Below, piece by piece: positions 1 through 11,312 of a stretch of DNA of 64,000 nucleotides; the first letter of the stretch is position 1; every line of letters begins with the position of its first letter. The notes beneath the pieces are model-generated. The model searched no databases and was not told the DNA's origin. It saw nothing but the letters and a program-made list of their open reading frames with translations. This stretch comes from an uncultured delta proteobacterium (GTDB lineage: Bacteria; Desulfobacterota; Desulfobaccia; Desulfobaccales; 0-14-0-80-60-11): contig CAVPIX010000010.1 of NCBI GenBank assembly GCA_963705115.1, positions 2,062-66,061 on the forward strand. The letters run 5' to 3'. Both the position numbers and the translations under genes were made by a program.

Positions 1-2
1 GA

Positions 3-935
3 ATGGCGCTCTGGGACCTGAAAGGCGCTTGTCTTGGACTGGCCCTGACCGAGCTCCTGATCCTGGGACTGGGTTGCTGGTGGGCCAGGCCATACCTGTA
101 CAAGAGATGCTTTGGCCTGGATTTAAGCTACTTGGCCCCCTACTTCAGTCTGGGTTTGATTTTTTTCGTTAGCGAGGTTATCGTCTCCGCCTTACAGTTC
201 GCTGGTGGCGCCTTGATCTTGGTAATGAGCGGGGACTATAACGAGGTGAGCTTTTTTGGGTTGGCCTATCAGGGGTGCACCCTGGTGGCTGTGGCCTTCT
301 TCCAATTTACTATGGCCTTCGCCCCGTTTCTGTTGCAATTGCTCTCTCGCCGGGAATCCTCCAGTTTCCACTGGTGGGTGGAACAACTTCTCAAATGGCT
401 GGGGGTGAGCGGCGTCCTGTCGTTTTTTGGCGACCTTTTCCTGGCGGACACCATATTGCCCCTGCTCATCGGCCAAGCCTTCCGGCCGGTGACCAATAAC
501 CTGCTGATCATGTCCATCTCCCTCCCCTTTCTGGGCTTGGTTTCCATGGGGTCGGTGTTGGTCATGATCAAGGACCGCCCCGGCTTAGCCCTGGAGGGGC
601 CGCCGCCCTGCGGCTGGCTGTATTTCTCATCCTGGGAGTTCCCCTCGTTGGATGGTGGGGAAGCCTGGGAGGCAGCCTGGCCTTTCGTCCTCGCAGTGGC
701 TGAATGTGGACATTATCTGATACGCTTACGGGGTTTGCTGACTTTCTCCGTGCGGCCATGGTTCCTGACTTTAGGTCTGGGGTGCTTGTTCGTGCCCCTG
801 TACTGGCTGAAATCTTCCTGGTCCATTAACCTGGCCCTCGGGGGCGCCGCCATGGCGGGTTATGCTGGGACGCTCTTTTTCTTAGGTCTGGTAAGCTTCG
901 GACAGGCTGGCTTTAATCTGGCGGGCCCTGACTGA
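3..935 (+). CDS. integral membrane protein, 5' end cut by window edge (function unknown)
   Basis: The frame is open from the window start. The product is a series of hydrophobic helices (LILGLGCWW, FFVSEVIVSALQF, LVAVAFFQFTMAF). It heads a glycosyltransferase locus. No diagnostic motif was recognised. Confidence 0.45.
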   Translation: MALWDLKGACLGLALTELLILGLGCWWARPYLYKRCFGLDLSYLAPYFSLGLIFFVSEVIVSALQFAGGALILVMSGDYNEVSFFGLAYQGCTLVAVAFFQFTMAFAPFLLQLLSRRESSSFHWWVEQLLKWLGVSGVLSFFGDLFLADTILPLLIGQAFRPVTNNLLIMSISLPFLGLVSMGSVLVMIKDRPGLALEGPPPCGWLYFSSWEFPSLDGGEAWEAAWPFVLAVAECGHYLIRLRGLLTFSVRPWFLTLGLGCLFVPLYWLKSSWSINLALGGAAMAGYAGTLFFLGLVSFGQAGFNLAGPD

Positions 936-1206
936 TCGGAGTGCTCCCCTGGCTCAAACCTTCGGGGAGCCTGACCCCCAGATCTTCTCCAAAGGAACGG
1001 CCCTCTTTTCTGGCGGTATGCCAACGAATGTAACCCGACTGTTCCTGCAGAGCACTACCGCAGCTCCTGAGGTGCTGGCCAGGCCGGGACCTTGGTCGAC
1101 AGGGCTGGTCAATGGATGGGCTGACGCGGTCACGGCAAAAAAGCGTTGAGGTGGACAGGGGAAACATGATAAGAGATGAATCCGGGGAATAGGGGGATGA
1201 TGGGGA

Positions 1207-2177
1207 CATGCGGCTCACGGTAATTATTCCAGCCTACAACAGCCGCTCTTTTTTGCCGAGGCCCTCCAGGCCCTGGCCGTCTCCAGCCGGGCCTCTCAGA
1301 TGAGGTGGTGGTGGTGGACGACGGCTCCACGGACGGTACGGGGGCCTTAGCCCAAAGTCTCGGCGCCCAGGTAATCAGGCTGGCGGACGGCCCCCGGGGA
1401 CCAGCCCGGGCCCGCAACCGGGGCGCAGCCGCAGCTTCAGGCGACCTTCTGGTCTTTCTGGATGCTGATGTCGTGGTTCACCCGGACACTTTGGCCAAGA
1501 TGGAGGCTCGATTCAGGGAGCAGCCCGACTTGGCGGCCCTCTTCGGGTCCTACGACGCCGATTCCCCCTCTCCGGGATATGTGTCCCGTTTTAAAAATCT
1601 CCTCCATCACTTCACCCACCAAACCAGTTTCCGGGCGGCCTGCACCTTCTGGTCGGGCTGCGGGGCCATACGCCGGGAGACTTTTATAGCTCTCGGGGGG
1701 TTTGACGAAAAGTTATCTCAACCCGGCAGTGGAAGATATCGAATTGGGGATGCGCCTCAAGCAAACTGGGCGCCGCCTTCTCCTTGACCCCGATGTGCAG
1801 GTCACTCACCTGAAGGTTTGGACTTTCGCCAAGATGGTGCTCTCAGATATCTTTGAGCGGGCCGTGCCCTGGACCCGTCTCATTATGCAGCAGGGCCGGT
1901 GCCCGAGACCTTGAACCTCAACCTGAAAAGCCGGGTTAGCGCCCTGCTGGCCTGGGGGGAGCTCATTTGTTTAAGCCTGGGGTTCTGGAATCCCGTAGCC
2001 TGGTTGGGGTTTTTTTTGCTCCTGGGACTGCAAATCCTTCTCAACCTTCAGCTTTACCTCCTTTTTGCCGACAAGAATCCCTTGGCCTTTCTCTTTACCG
2101 CCGTCGGCCTGCATCACCTCTACTTGCTCTACAGCAGTCTGACCTTCGGGGATTGTTTCTGGCGCTCATCTTCTTGA
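1207..2177 (+). pseudogene. family-2 glycosyltransferase (GT-A) with C-terminal TM tail, disrupted by >=4 frame changes
   Basis: One GT2 protein is spread over several frames. The pieces are MRLTVIIPAYN (from 1207), LAEALQALAVSS (next frame), VVVVDDGSTDGT...FLDADVVVH (1305..1787), AVEDIELGMRLK...VTHLK (1702..1914) and a hydrophobic tail (1899..2177). Confidence 0.65.
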
Positions 2178-2336
2178 GAAGTGGTGCGGATCAGGGAAAC
2201 TCAGAAGGATTTACCAACCCTGGGGCGCTGCCAGCCATCATGAGAAAGGCAACCTCCAACCACCAAACCCTTGAGTTCAATCAGCGCCACCAAACCCTCC
2301 GTGGCCACTGTCCGCGTCAATGGTTTCCCGCCATCA

Positions 2337-4027
2337 TTAATAAACGCGAAGAACTATATTGTCATCATCATGATATATTGTAGCATAATTGGAAGTATAT
2401 TCTGCAACATCCTGTAAGCTTAGTTCATTTTCTATAACATGTTTATGTATAACGATATATTTAACCTTGTTCTCCATGAGCCGCTTTTTCTGTTTCGTCA
2501 TATCGCCGTTTTCTAATATATCTATTAAATTATGTTTCCATTCTCTCGGTGCTGTGCCTGTGACAATTGGCCTTCCATGACAAGCTGCCTGAAACATCAT
2601 ATGCTGATTTCCTTCATAATATCCCTTAGGTAAATCAAGTATTGCGAAATCATTATCAGGGTCTTGCTTGATAACATTGTAGGCTTTTGGACAATTTACT
2701 AGTGTTGATTTAGTCTTGTGGGAAAAAAGTCAATAAAGATAAATACTAAGATAAGCGCCATGCAACCAACCAATACGCTTTTTTTATTCGAGTAAAGGTC
2801 TGTTATCGCATCAATCGCCAGTCCTACGCCGATGCCCAGAAAAAGATACACAAACACCACGGCTCGAGACGGAGTACGTACGTGCTTGACAAAAGGCACA
2901 ACCGAGATAATCGCAGTGGGGAGGGGGATAGTTTCTCTACCAAGAATATAAAGATGCGGACCGCTTGCCACAATCATGAAGAAGATCATTCCCCATAATA
3001 AAAAATTCATTTCTTTAATCTGAAAGCGATGCCGATTGATAAAAGCCCAGATGAATAAACCTATATTGATCAGTCCCAGATAAACAGTCATTTCCCAGAG
3101 ATTCCCCCGAAAATGAGACCATATCGGCTGGGAAACACTTGATAAAAGGTGATATGGGTGAAAGACGAGGTAACCGGCTAAATCAGCGACATAAACATCA
3201 TGGCCACTTTTGTACATATTGCGCTTAGTCCCCAATGATACCATCTGGATAAGTAGTGGCATCAGGAGAATAATAACACCAAACACATTGGCAAGTATCG
3301 ACCAGAATAATCTACTTATAAAAATTTGTCTTTGTTCAATAACTTTAAATAAATAGTAAAACGCCAGAAAAAATCCTATATAAACTAAATAATACCAGCA
3401 GGATAATGCACTTAAAAAATATAATATAATCGATCCTGCCAAATATCTAAGTTTTCTAGTATCATTAAAGCGAAAGAAACAAAACAGAAAAAACGGGATG
3501 TATTGTATTGTTGACACATGCATGTGATGGAGAAGGTGTGCGGTATGAAATGGACTAAACGCAAAAATGAATCCACCTACGAAAGCTGATAATATGTTTT
3601 TGGTAAATCGACTTGTCAAGTAAAATGCACCGACTGCTGAAAGATAAAAAGACAAGAGTAGTAGCCCGTTATGCAAGCCTACCAGTAAAGGAATATTTAT
3701 TGGCAATAAGAATATTTTTCTTATAATATAGAGGATAGCAATATTCGAATAGGTAAATGGGTGATAATATAATGATGTGCCCTCTGGATATAATATTAAA
3801 TTAGTTCTAAAGAAACCCCTCGGATCACTATCTAATGTAACTTGACTATACCAATTATTCCAAAAATCCATCATATTGTCTTCTGGCGGCCCGATGAGAG
3901 AACTAGTGAAATTAACAAAAAATGGATGAAAGTATATTGCTATAATAATAATATAACAGAGGCTAACTAAAAGAAGAACCATGATAAAAGAACTTATAGT
4001 TTTCAGTGAAAAGTTATTCATTGCCAT
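2337..4027 (-). CDS. polytopic membrane protein, GT-C/YfhO/ArnT-like putative glycosyltransferase (one frame break near 2700)
   Basis: A 442-aa ORF carries many TM helices. The soluble C-terminal part (LVNCPKAYNVIKQDPDND...NIVLRVY) continues in the adjacent frame (2337..~2697). The DNA is very AT-rich. The family assignment is by architecture only. Confidence 0.4.
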
Positions 4028-4034
4028 TCATACT

Positions 4035-5270
4035 TTATTTTTTAATATTAATATTTAGATAATTTACCATATAATCAGCGATCCTCTGATATGCCAATTC
4101 ATTTGGGTGTCCATCAGATATTATCTGATAACCGCCAATGTCTTTAGGGCTTTCATGCTCGGCGAAAATATCTTTAATTTCAATCAGGTTTACCTGATGC
4201 TTTCTAAGTTCTGAAACGATATATTTATAATCTAAGCTATTCTCCCGCATACTATCTGGCCATATTAGCACATAAAACATTCCATTATACTTCTGAGCTA
4301 TGATATCTCTTGATCTTAGGATTATCTTGACCATAAGATCTTTATCTTCTTGAGTAACATTCCAACCGAGATGTTGTCTTAACCAGAAACTTTTTAGTAC
4401 TAAATGAGATTTAGCCAGTTGATTATAAAAAATGAATTTAATTTTTGAGATCAATTTGGTGTTAAAATTTTCTACATATTTAGCATCATTATGTGCATCC
4501 AACCCGTATTTTGGTCCATAAACATCCCAGGTAAAATATGGATATTTACATGATATCCTTTCAATATGTTCTATTATAGCCAGGTAGATGAATACCGAGG
4601 GCTTTTTTGGGGGAGTAACGGTATCTGTTAACCCAGTCTCAAGGATCCGTAGCATCTGATGAGGGCCGTAACCCTCCATTGCCATATTAAACGATTTGTA
4701 ATTTCCTTTTGATTTTTCTTCAATTAAATAAGGGAAAGTTTTATTGTCTTTGACTCCTTCTCCGAAAGTGCATGAACATCCAAAGAAAAATACGTTCTTG
4801 TCACTTCTTTTAAGAATATCCGAGGATAAATTTAGATCTCTGGGAGAAACCCTCAGACCATATTTATTTGTAGTGTATGTAACATCGTAGACAATCTCTC
4901 CTTCAACTATTTTTTTAGCACTAATTTTCGCATTTATTCTTAGTGCATATCCTCTAACTTCATCAATACCGAAATAATGACCTTTTTGTGTTAATAAATA
5001 TCTCTCCTTCAACACCCGGTTTGAGAAACCAAAGGCATCCCATCCTGCACAAAATGCCTCTGCAAAACCAACTGCAAGAAATATGGCGGATAGGTTGATC
5101 ATTAATGCTTTCCAAGTTGACGATTTCTTGCTATTAACTGCATAGATTACTATTATCAGAAAGATCTCGATTGAAATATAAAAGTAGGGTACATGATTTA
5201 CCAAAGTTAAAAGAACAATGATTGAGCATAAGATTAGGGAAAATACTATTATTTTCGTTTTCCAAATCAT
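4035..5270 (-). CDS. membrane-anchored SGNH/GDSL-type hydrolase or acyl-esterase
   Basis: N-terminal TM helices are followed by the block I motif FFFGCSCTFGEG (GDS-like) and the block V motif SDGHPN (DxxH). The gene is AT-rich and sits 7 nt from the upstream GT-C-like gene. Confidence 0.55.
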   Translation of the reverse strand: MIWKTKIIVFSLILCSIIVLLTLVNHVPYFYISIEIFLIIVIYAVNSKKSSTWKALMINLSAIFLAVGFAEAFCAGWDAFGFSNRVLKERYLLTQKGHYFGIDEVRGYALRINAKISAKKIVEGEIVYDVTYTTNKYGLRVSPRDLNLSSDILKRSDKNVFFFGCSCTFGEGVKDNKTFPYLIEEKSKGNYKSFNMAMEGYGPHQMLRILETGLTDTVTPPKKPSVFIYLAIIEHIERISCKYPYFTWDVYGPKYGLDAHNDAKYVENFNTKLISKIKFIFYNQLAKSHLVLKSFWLRQHLGWNVTQEDKDLMVKIILRSRDIIAQKYNGMFYVLIWPDSMRENSLDYKYIVSELRKHQVNLIEIKDIFAEHESPKDIGGYQIISDGHPNELAYQRIADYMVNYLNINIKK

Positions 5271-5369
5271 AAATAATTTGCCTTATTCGCTAACCGTGGA
5301 AACCCCCACTGATAAACTCAGGTGTGCCGCCTGCGCCTGCTGCCCCAAGTCTGCAGCGAGGAGACGAAG

Positions 5370-5582
5370 GTCTTGCCCCGGGTCCATACTTTGATCGCCA
5401 ACATGAAAGGCAATATCCGGGGCATCCAGCCTGGCGTCAGTCCCAAACACCTGCCCCGTTACCTGGCGGAATTTCGCCATCGTGTCAACCGCCGCTTTTG
5501 GGAACCGCAAATGTTGTCTCGGATGCTCCATGCTTGTCTCAATGCAACTGCCATCACATTTACAGAGCTAAGGGCTGAATCG
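5370..5582 (+). mobile_element. IS1595-family (ISXO2-like) transposase, C-terminal remnant only
   Basis: The translation RVHTLIANMKGNIRGIQPGVSPKHLPRYLAEFRHRVNRRFWEPQMLSRMLHA matches the conserved C-terminal block of IS1595 DDE transposases (vHTN..E..W..lKr...G.yH.vs.khL..Yl.EF.fR.NrR). No upstream DDE region is present. Confidence 0.6.
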
Positions 5583-6047
5583 TTAAAAGAAAATGCCCTT
5601 GCTGCGGGGCGGCAGCCCTGTCAATCTCAGTATTTCAGAACCTTAGACCGTTTTTTCGCCACCGGTCTGATCGCGACCTCGCCCCTGGTGCTCCCTTTAG
5701 GTGTTCTCTTGCCCTTGATCTATCCACTGATTTGCTCCTCCTGCTATACCAGTATGAGGTTAAGTTGCGCTTCAAATCAAGCCAGAAATAGTTTGCCTGA
5801 GGAAACCAAGAACTTCGAAAACAGGAGTATCTAATACTTGACAAACTCCTAACTTCCCGGTGAAAGTTGAAAAATTGCAGAGAATCTGGTTAACCGAACT
5901 GGTCATCAGCTTATCTTGGGTAAGGTAATCGAGATGGGTTCTGCCGACATTGCGGCGCCTCCACCTCAGATACTATTGGTAAAGAGTGGGAAGTTGAGAT
6001 CCAGCCCTGAATCAGTTTCGAGATGTTTGCGGGGTTTAGTGGGCCTT

Positions 6048-7660
6048 ATGCGGCTAGTCCTGATTTTGCTTGTCGCCTCGGGTCAGGAGGCTGGCGCCCT
6101 GGAAGGGGGAGACGAATGGAGGCCGCCCTGGGTGCTCCTGCCGCAAGTGGCGGTGGGAATAGAGTACGGTGGCTTCCTGCTGCGGGGGAAGACTACTCCT
6201 CCCTTTTCCGCTATCATTTCCTCATCGATTTATGGAAATACAACCGCCACCTCATCTATACTGAAATCGATGGTGAGATTTCCTTTGGCACCCCTCAGGA
6301 ACCCCTGGCTTTTAACCGAATTAGGCATCACCTGGCAATCTTCGGTTACCGGTATGACCTGGGAAACTCCTATCTCGGCTTGCGCTTGTACCACCGCTGC
6401 CACAGTCCCTTCAGAGAACAGGAACAGCTGGACTATAGCCTCAGACGTACTCAAGCAAATACTTATGCCATCGGCCCGGAGTTTGTTAATAAGGCCATGC
6501 TGGTGGGTCAAGCGGATCGGGGCATCATCTTTGACCGAGCCAAGCCCCTGGAATTTTTAGGACGCTGGCATGTGGCATTCCATCTGAACCGAGTGTTCTA
6601 TAGGGAATTCAATGATTTGAATTGGCTACTTGAGGGTCGGGTGCGTTTTGATGTGTTGCGTTACGGTCTTTTCATTCCCTACCTAGAGGCCGGGGGTGAG
6701 ATATTAGGCCGGCGGGACAGGTGGACCTTCATTCCTAGGGTGGAAGGCGGTGTGCGTTTTCACGGGGGCAGAGTAGAAATCATTCCTTTTATCCGATGGG
6801 GCCGCACTGAGGAGTGGCTGCGCCAGACTAACGCTCTAGAGTCCACCTATTTTGTATCTCGCAGTTATCTGTTAGGGGGTGGACGCCTGGAATTCCTTTT
6901 TGATCAAGAGACCCCGACCTTTCACCCTGCGGCCGAGAAACTGCAATTCTTTCCGGAAGTTCATGGTCAGGCTGGTTATGGCCTGTATCTGGGCAGCCGT
7001 TACCATCAGGGTGCCGGCAATGTCGAGTTGGACATTGATCTCATCGGTTGGCAGTCTCTGGTCCTTTTCACTAACCTGGGGATGGATTGCAACACCACAA
7101 AGATAGATTTGAGTATAGATATCCTGCGACTATGGCTGGAATATGGCCTTCGTTATTCCTGGTCGAAGTTTTTCCTGGAGGGCTTTCTTTCCCATGCCAG
7201 GCGAATGGAAACGGCAGAATTTCGCGGCTTGAAGGAGAGCGCCCACCAAATCGGCGTGCGGGTGGGCTCCCGGGGCATGCTCCCTGGACATTACGATGAC
7301 GGCATATCCTTTGGGAGACCGGATCGCTTTGCATGGCTCAATAAGTTAAACGCCCAACTGAGCCTGGCTTACTGCTTCGACGCCTATGAATGGCCCTATA
7401 AGTGGAATCTTGGGGCTCAGGCCCGCTGGGATGTCCTGCGCTGGAGGTTTTTAGTCCCCTACTTCCAAGGTGGGGTGGAATGGTTGGCTCACGGCTGGGG
7501 AGGTGAGGATGCCCTCGGTTATTATATTGAGCAAGGCCTGCGCCTCCGCGGAGTCCTGGATCTGGCCATGTTCTATCGCTTCCAACACCGTGAAACCATC
7601 TGGTCTTTCAGGGGACCAAAAGGTAATTTCAACTTAATCGGTATCCGGGTTTTGTTTTAG
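6048..7660 (+). CDS. putative outer-membrane beta-barrel protein (frame break at G5 run 6184-6188)
   Basis: A signal-like N-terminus MRLVLILLVASGQEAGA is followed by VAVGIEYGGFLLRG in one frame. The protein continues as EDYSSLFRYHF... in ORF 6023..7660. It has an alternating aromatic/polar strand pattern and a C-terminal ...IGIRVLF with terminal Phe. Confidence 0.4.
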
Positions 7661-7761
7661 GCCGAGAGTACCTCTGTCTTTGATGCCAATACATTTTTCT
7701 TGCGGAAGTTATTCCTAATGAGGTAGAGTGCACGCATTGTCTGGGTCCCATGCCAAATTGA

Positions 7762-9099
7762 GTGAGAAGAAGTCCTACTATGACCTTACAAGAATTCTTT
7801 CTGCTGAGTTTTCATGTTGTCTTCATTCCTATTTGTATAGTTTCCGGGCTCTTCGCCCTTTTCGCTATTTTGAATCTCCTAACTGATAGACAACCACCCT
7901 CAAGCAGCCCCCCAGTTCTCAAGGCTTATCCGTTTATCACTATCCAAGTGCCAAGTTTTAATGATCCCGTTGCGGTCCGCTGCCTAAAAGCCTGCCTGCG
8001 CTTAAGCTATCCCAAGGAGCGTTACGAAATCATGATCCTCGATGACAGCACGGACCGAGAAACAGCACAACTCCTTGCAACATTTGCCCTCGACCACCCA
8101 GATCTGGTGCGCTACTTCTTCCGGAACAATCGCACCGGCTATAAACCTGGCGCCCTGAAAGAATGGATGTCCGAGGTGCGGGGGGAACTCATCCTCATCT
8201 TTGACGCCGATTTTATTCCACCGGTTGATTTTCTTGAGCACATTGTTCAGCCCTTCGAAGATCCTCAGGTCGCCATTGTCCAAGCCCGTCAGATCAACTT
8301 CCTAAACGGCAAGGAAAACTTGGTCACCCGCTTCGCCTCCTACTTGCTTGGCATTCACCATCTCATTCTCATGCCCATCAGTAATCGCTACAATGCCGTC
8401 TTCTTCTGCGGCACTGCCGGCGCCCTGCGGAAACAGGCAGTGGAAGAGGTCGGCGGCTGGAACACCAACAGTATTACAGAGGATTCCGACCTTAGTGTCA
8501 GACTCCTGGCCAGGGGGTATCGGAGCGTTTATCTCCCTTTGGACACCCTGAGTGAAGTGCCTGGGACTCTCAAGTCATTTCTCAAGCAACAAATGCGCTG
8601 GTGTTTTGGCAATGTGTGCGTCTTTTTTGACAATGCTCGAACAATTCTCCTTGGCAATACCTTGACCCTGGGGCAGCGTTTCCTCATTAGTTTTATGACT
8701 GTGGGCAGCCTGTTTGCACCCCTGGTAATCATCATGACCGTCGCAGGCCTTCTGGCAAGTGTGACAGGAAACCCCCAACCGTTTGGCCTCGACAATCTTT
8801 TGGACATCTCAAGCAAGTTTCTCCTAACCTCTGGTTTTTCTCTCATGGGTTTCGTCATGCTGTACAAGAAAGGAAGTTCAGCTGAGTTTCCCTATTTCCT
8901 GGGTGCTACCTTGACTCTGGGCTTGGTCTTGAGCGTAGCCCTCACTCTTGCCCTTTATCGGGCGGTGTTCTGCAGGCACAAGCCTCTCTTTGCAAAAACA
9001 ACCTCTTGGATCTGCACCCCAAAGAGTGGTAATGAGCATTTTAAAAATTCCAACCAACTTCTCACAGATTTCGATGACCGGTCGGTTGGGGGCAACTAA
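7762..9099 (+). CDS. processive membrane-embedded family-2 glycosyltransferase (cellulose-synthase-like, QxxRW class)
   Basis: Motifs seen are ILDDSTD, FDADFIPP, GTAGALRK, ITEDSDLS and QQMRWCFG (QxxRW), with flanking TM helices. The start could instead be the ATG at 7780. Confidence 0.75.
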   Translation: MRRSPTMTLQEFFLLSFHVVFIPICIVSGLFALFAILNLLTDRQPPSSSPPVLKAYPFITIQVPSFNDPVAVRCLKACLRLSYPKERYEIMILDDSTDRETAQLLATFALDHPDLVRYFFRNNRTGYKPGALKEWMSEVRGELILIFDADFIPPVDFLEHIVQPFEDPQVAIVQARQINFLNGKENLVTRFASYLLGIHHLILMPISNRYNAVFFCGTAGALRKQAVEEVGGWNTNSITEDSDLSVRLLARGYRSVYLPLDTLSEVPGTLKSFLKQQMRWCFGNVCVFFDNARTILLGNTLTLGQRFLISFMTVGSLFAPLVIIMTVAGLLASVTGNPQPFGLDNLLDISSKFLLTSGFSLMGFVMLYKKGSSAEFPYFLGATLTLGLVLSVALTLALYRAVFCRHKPLFAKTTSWICTPKSGNEHFKNSNQLLTDFDDRSVGGN

Positions 9100-9827
9100 T
9101 ACTCAGTAAACTGAATATAGATTTATTTGATTGAGTATCAAAGCTTAACTAATGTCCGAAATCAGATCCTTTCTTCCTCGCAAATGAACTGATCTTACCT
9201 GTAAAACTCGGCCCCCGTTGGGTTAAATCTTAAGCCACGATTTCCAACCTAATAACCGTATTCAGAAAAACCATATCTTTTTCCTTCTATCTTCCTGATG
9301 TTGGGAAGATCCTTACTTCGCGTCTTAAAGTAAGCACCAAACAACTCCCCGTGAATACCACAAGAATTTCGCAATGCCCGCCCATACTCCCCTGGTCTCC
9401 AAGGCCTATCGCGCCAAGCAGAGCAAGATCGTTACAAACAGCATTGGGAAAAAACTAAAGCAAGCCCGAAAGGCTACAAAGGCCGCTTACTGAAGGGCAG
9501 TCTTAACTACCAGGTCCGACTTGGCTAGTCTGACGCGGTTCCCATAACCTGATCGATTTCAGTGTTAGGGTCTGCCATCGTATTTCCCTGACGGGCGTAG
9601 GAGATTTAAGAGAATGTTGCCATCATCATAATCATCATCGAATTCCAAAGTAGGGTCCCCTTGGAGCTGCCTTTTTTATTGCGGAGAGCAAATGCTACAT
9701 CACTTGCCATTATCCGCAACGTGGAGAAAATTGCGATATATAATTACTATTAGATAGATCTTTCGCTGCTCCAGAATGACAGGGTAACGAAACCTGAAGC
9801 TTTCCAGAATCTATTCTGCTTCTCAAA

Positions 9828-10453
9828 TCACCTATCCGAATCGCGCCTCAGGAGCCAGGCCGCCCAGGTATAGCTCAGTTCGGGGGGCGGCTCCGGGGCC
9901 CAGGCGTCCCGGCTGCGGCGCTCCAGGAGGGACCAGCCCCGGGCCCGGTAGCTGGTGAGGAGAGGCTCTTCCTGGGTGTCCTTGAAGCCGGCCAGAATGA
10001 CCTTGCCCGCCGGCCTGGCCAGGCGGCAAACCTCATCGACCTTTTCCAGGTGCACGCCCCAGGGCAGGTTGGCCGCGATGAGACTGAAAGGCCCCCGCAG
10101 GCATTCGGAAGAGCCCTTGATCACCCGCAGCCGGGGCAAAAGGCCGTTTCGGGCGGCGTTGCTCCTGGCCTGGCGCGCCGCCCGCCCGGAAATATCCACG
10201 GCCACTGCCTGGGAGGCGCCCAAAGCCAGGGCCGCCAGGGCCAAAATCCCGGAACCGCAGCCCAGGTCGAGGACAAATGCCCCCGGCTCGGCAGCCAGAG
10301 CGGCTTTGAGCAGATCAAGGCAGAGGTGGGTGGTGGGATGGCTGGGGGGAAAACCGATCCCCCCTCCAGAATCAGGGAACGTTCACCGTGGCGGGGCAGG
10401 AAAGGCCGCCAGGGGGAGCGGATGACCAGTTCAGGGGTTAAGCGGTGGAACAT
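9828..10453 (-). CDS. prmA: ribosomal protein L11 methyltransferase (frame break in C6 run 10359-10364)
   Basis: The N-terminal part is in ORF 10121..10453. After the frame break it reads HPTTHLCLDLL...VLDLGCGSGILALAALALGA (SAM-binding motif) and continues in ORF 9828..10244 (VAVDISGRAA...IAANL). Confidence 0.7.
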
Positions 10454-10599
10454 GGGCGCCGGTCAGGAAACCCTTTGATTAGTGCCTTATGATATGGATG
10501 TAACCTTTCCGGCTTTTTCATCATCTGTCAAGCCCAGAAACCACCTTTTACCCACAAGGATTTCCAGGGGTGGCCGCCCTACATTTCCTTAGGGTAACG

Positions 10600-11125
10600 A
10601 AGTAATATTTCGGCCCCCCTCACCCCAGCCCTCTCCCTCCGGCGGGGGGAGAGGGAGGACACCCCTGGTTATCTCTTTGTTCCCTCTCCCCCAATGGCCT
10701 TATCATTACCCATAAGTGGGAGGAAAAAGCATCGGGGAGAACGGTAGAGACAACGAGACTACTGTCTATGACGTTCTCATATTGGAACGTGCAACCCCGG
10801 AGGGCCATAAACGTTTCAGGGCAAGCTGTTTCTGGTTCCCAAGCTCCCGCTTGAGAACCCCTATGGGTGCAAAGCTCTGCTTTGCAGCCAAGGTGCAACT
10901 CCGGTGCGTGAAGTTGCTGAGGCCAGGCAGAGCCTGGCTGCCAAGAGCGTCCCCCAGCAGGAGCTGGGGGACGAGGGCTGTGTTGCTATCGTATGCAATA
11001 TCAATATGTTAGCCAGGGCAGGTTTGTAGGGGCGGGTTTAAAACCCGCTCCTACCTTAAGAGCAATTATTTATAGCCGCAGGCTAAGGCCTGCGCCTGCA
11101 CAGGCTGGAAAGCCTGTGCCACCGT
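10600..11125. repeat. intergenic cluster of GC-rich hairpin modules
   Basis: It contains CCCTCTCCC...GGGAGAGGG, GTAGGGGCGGGTTTAAAACCCGCTCCTAC (11026-11054) and TAGCCGCAGGCTAAGGCCTGCGCCTGCACAGGCTGGAAAGCCTGTGCCACC (11073-11123). Confidence 0.8.
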
Positions 11126-11312
11126 TTGACTGCAAACCGGTATAAGGCCCCTTTCAGAAAGGGGAGAGGAAATACCGGCATCCGATAAGCCGGCGATTGA
11201 CGGCCAGCCGCCGGGGGGTTTGCCCATATTGACCGGCGCCGGGATTTTCGATACAAATGAGACTAATCCGCCACGAAATCGCACCAGGAAAAGGACTGTC
11301 TCTCGCAGGGCC

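Noticed and set aside
5916-6560. 214-aa ORF as a separate gene upstream of the barrel protein
   Set aside because: Only its first part (signal peptide and first strand) is plausible. The rest overlaps the real frame, so it was merged into one gene with a G5-run frame break.
10620-11012. ORFs of 92-98 aa in the prmA-greA intergenic region (and similar ones at 15831..16022, 18895..19276, 40141..40408, 63160..63662)
   Set aside because: They are translations of hairpin repeats (pseudo-peptides such as LSPxxGGEG, GRDESRLY, AQFIAP) and have no independent coding signal.
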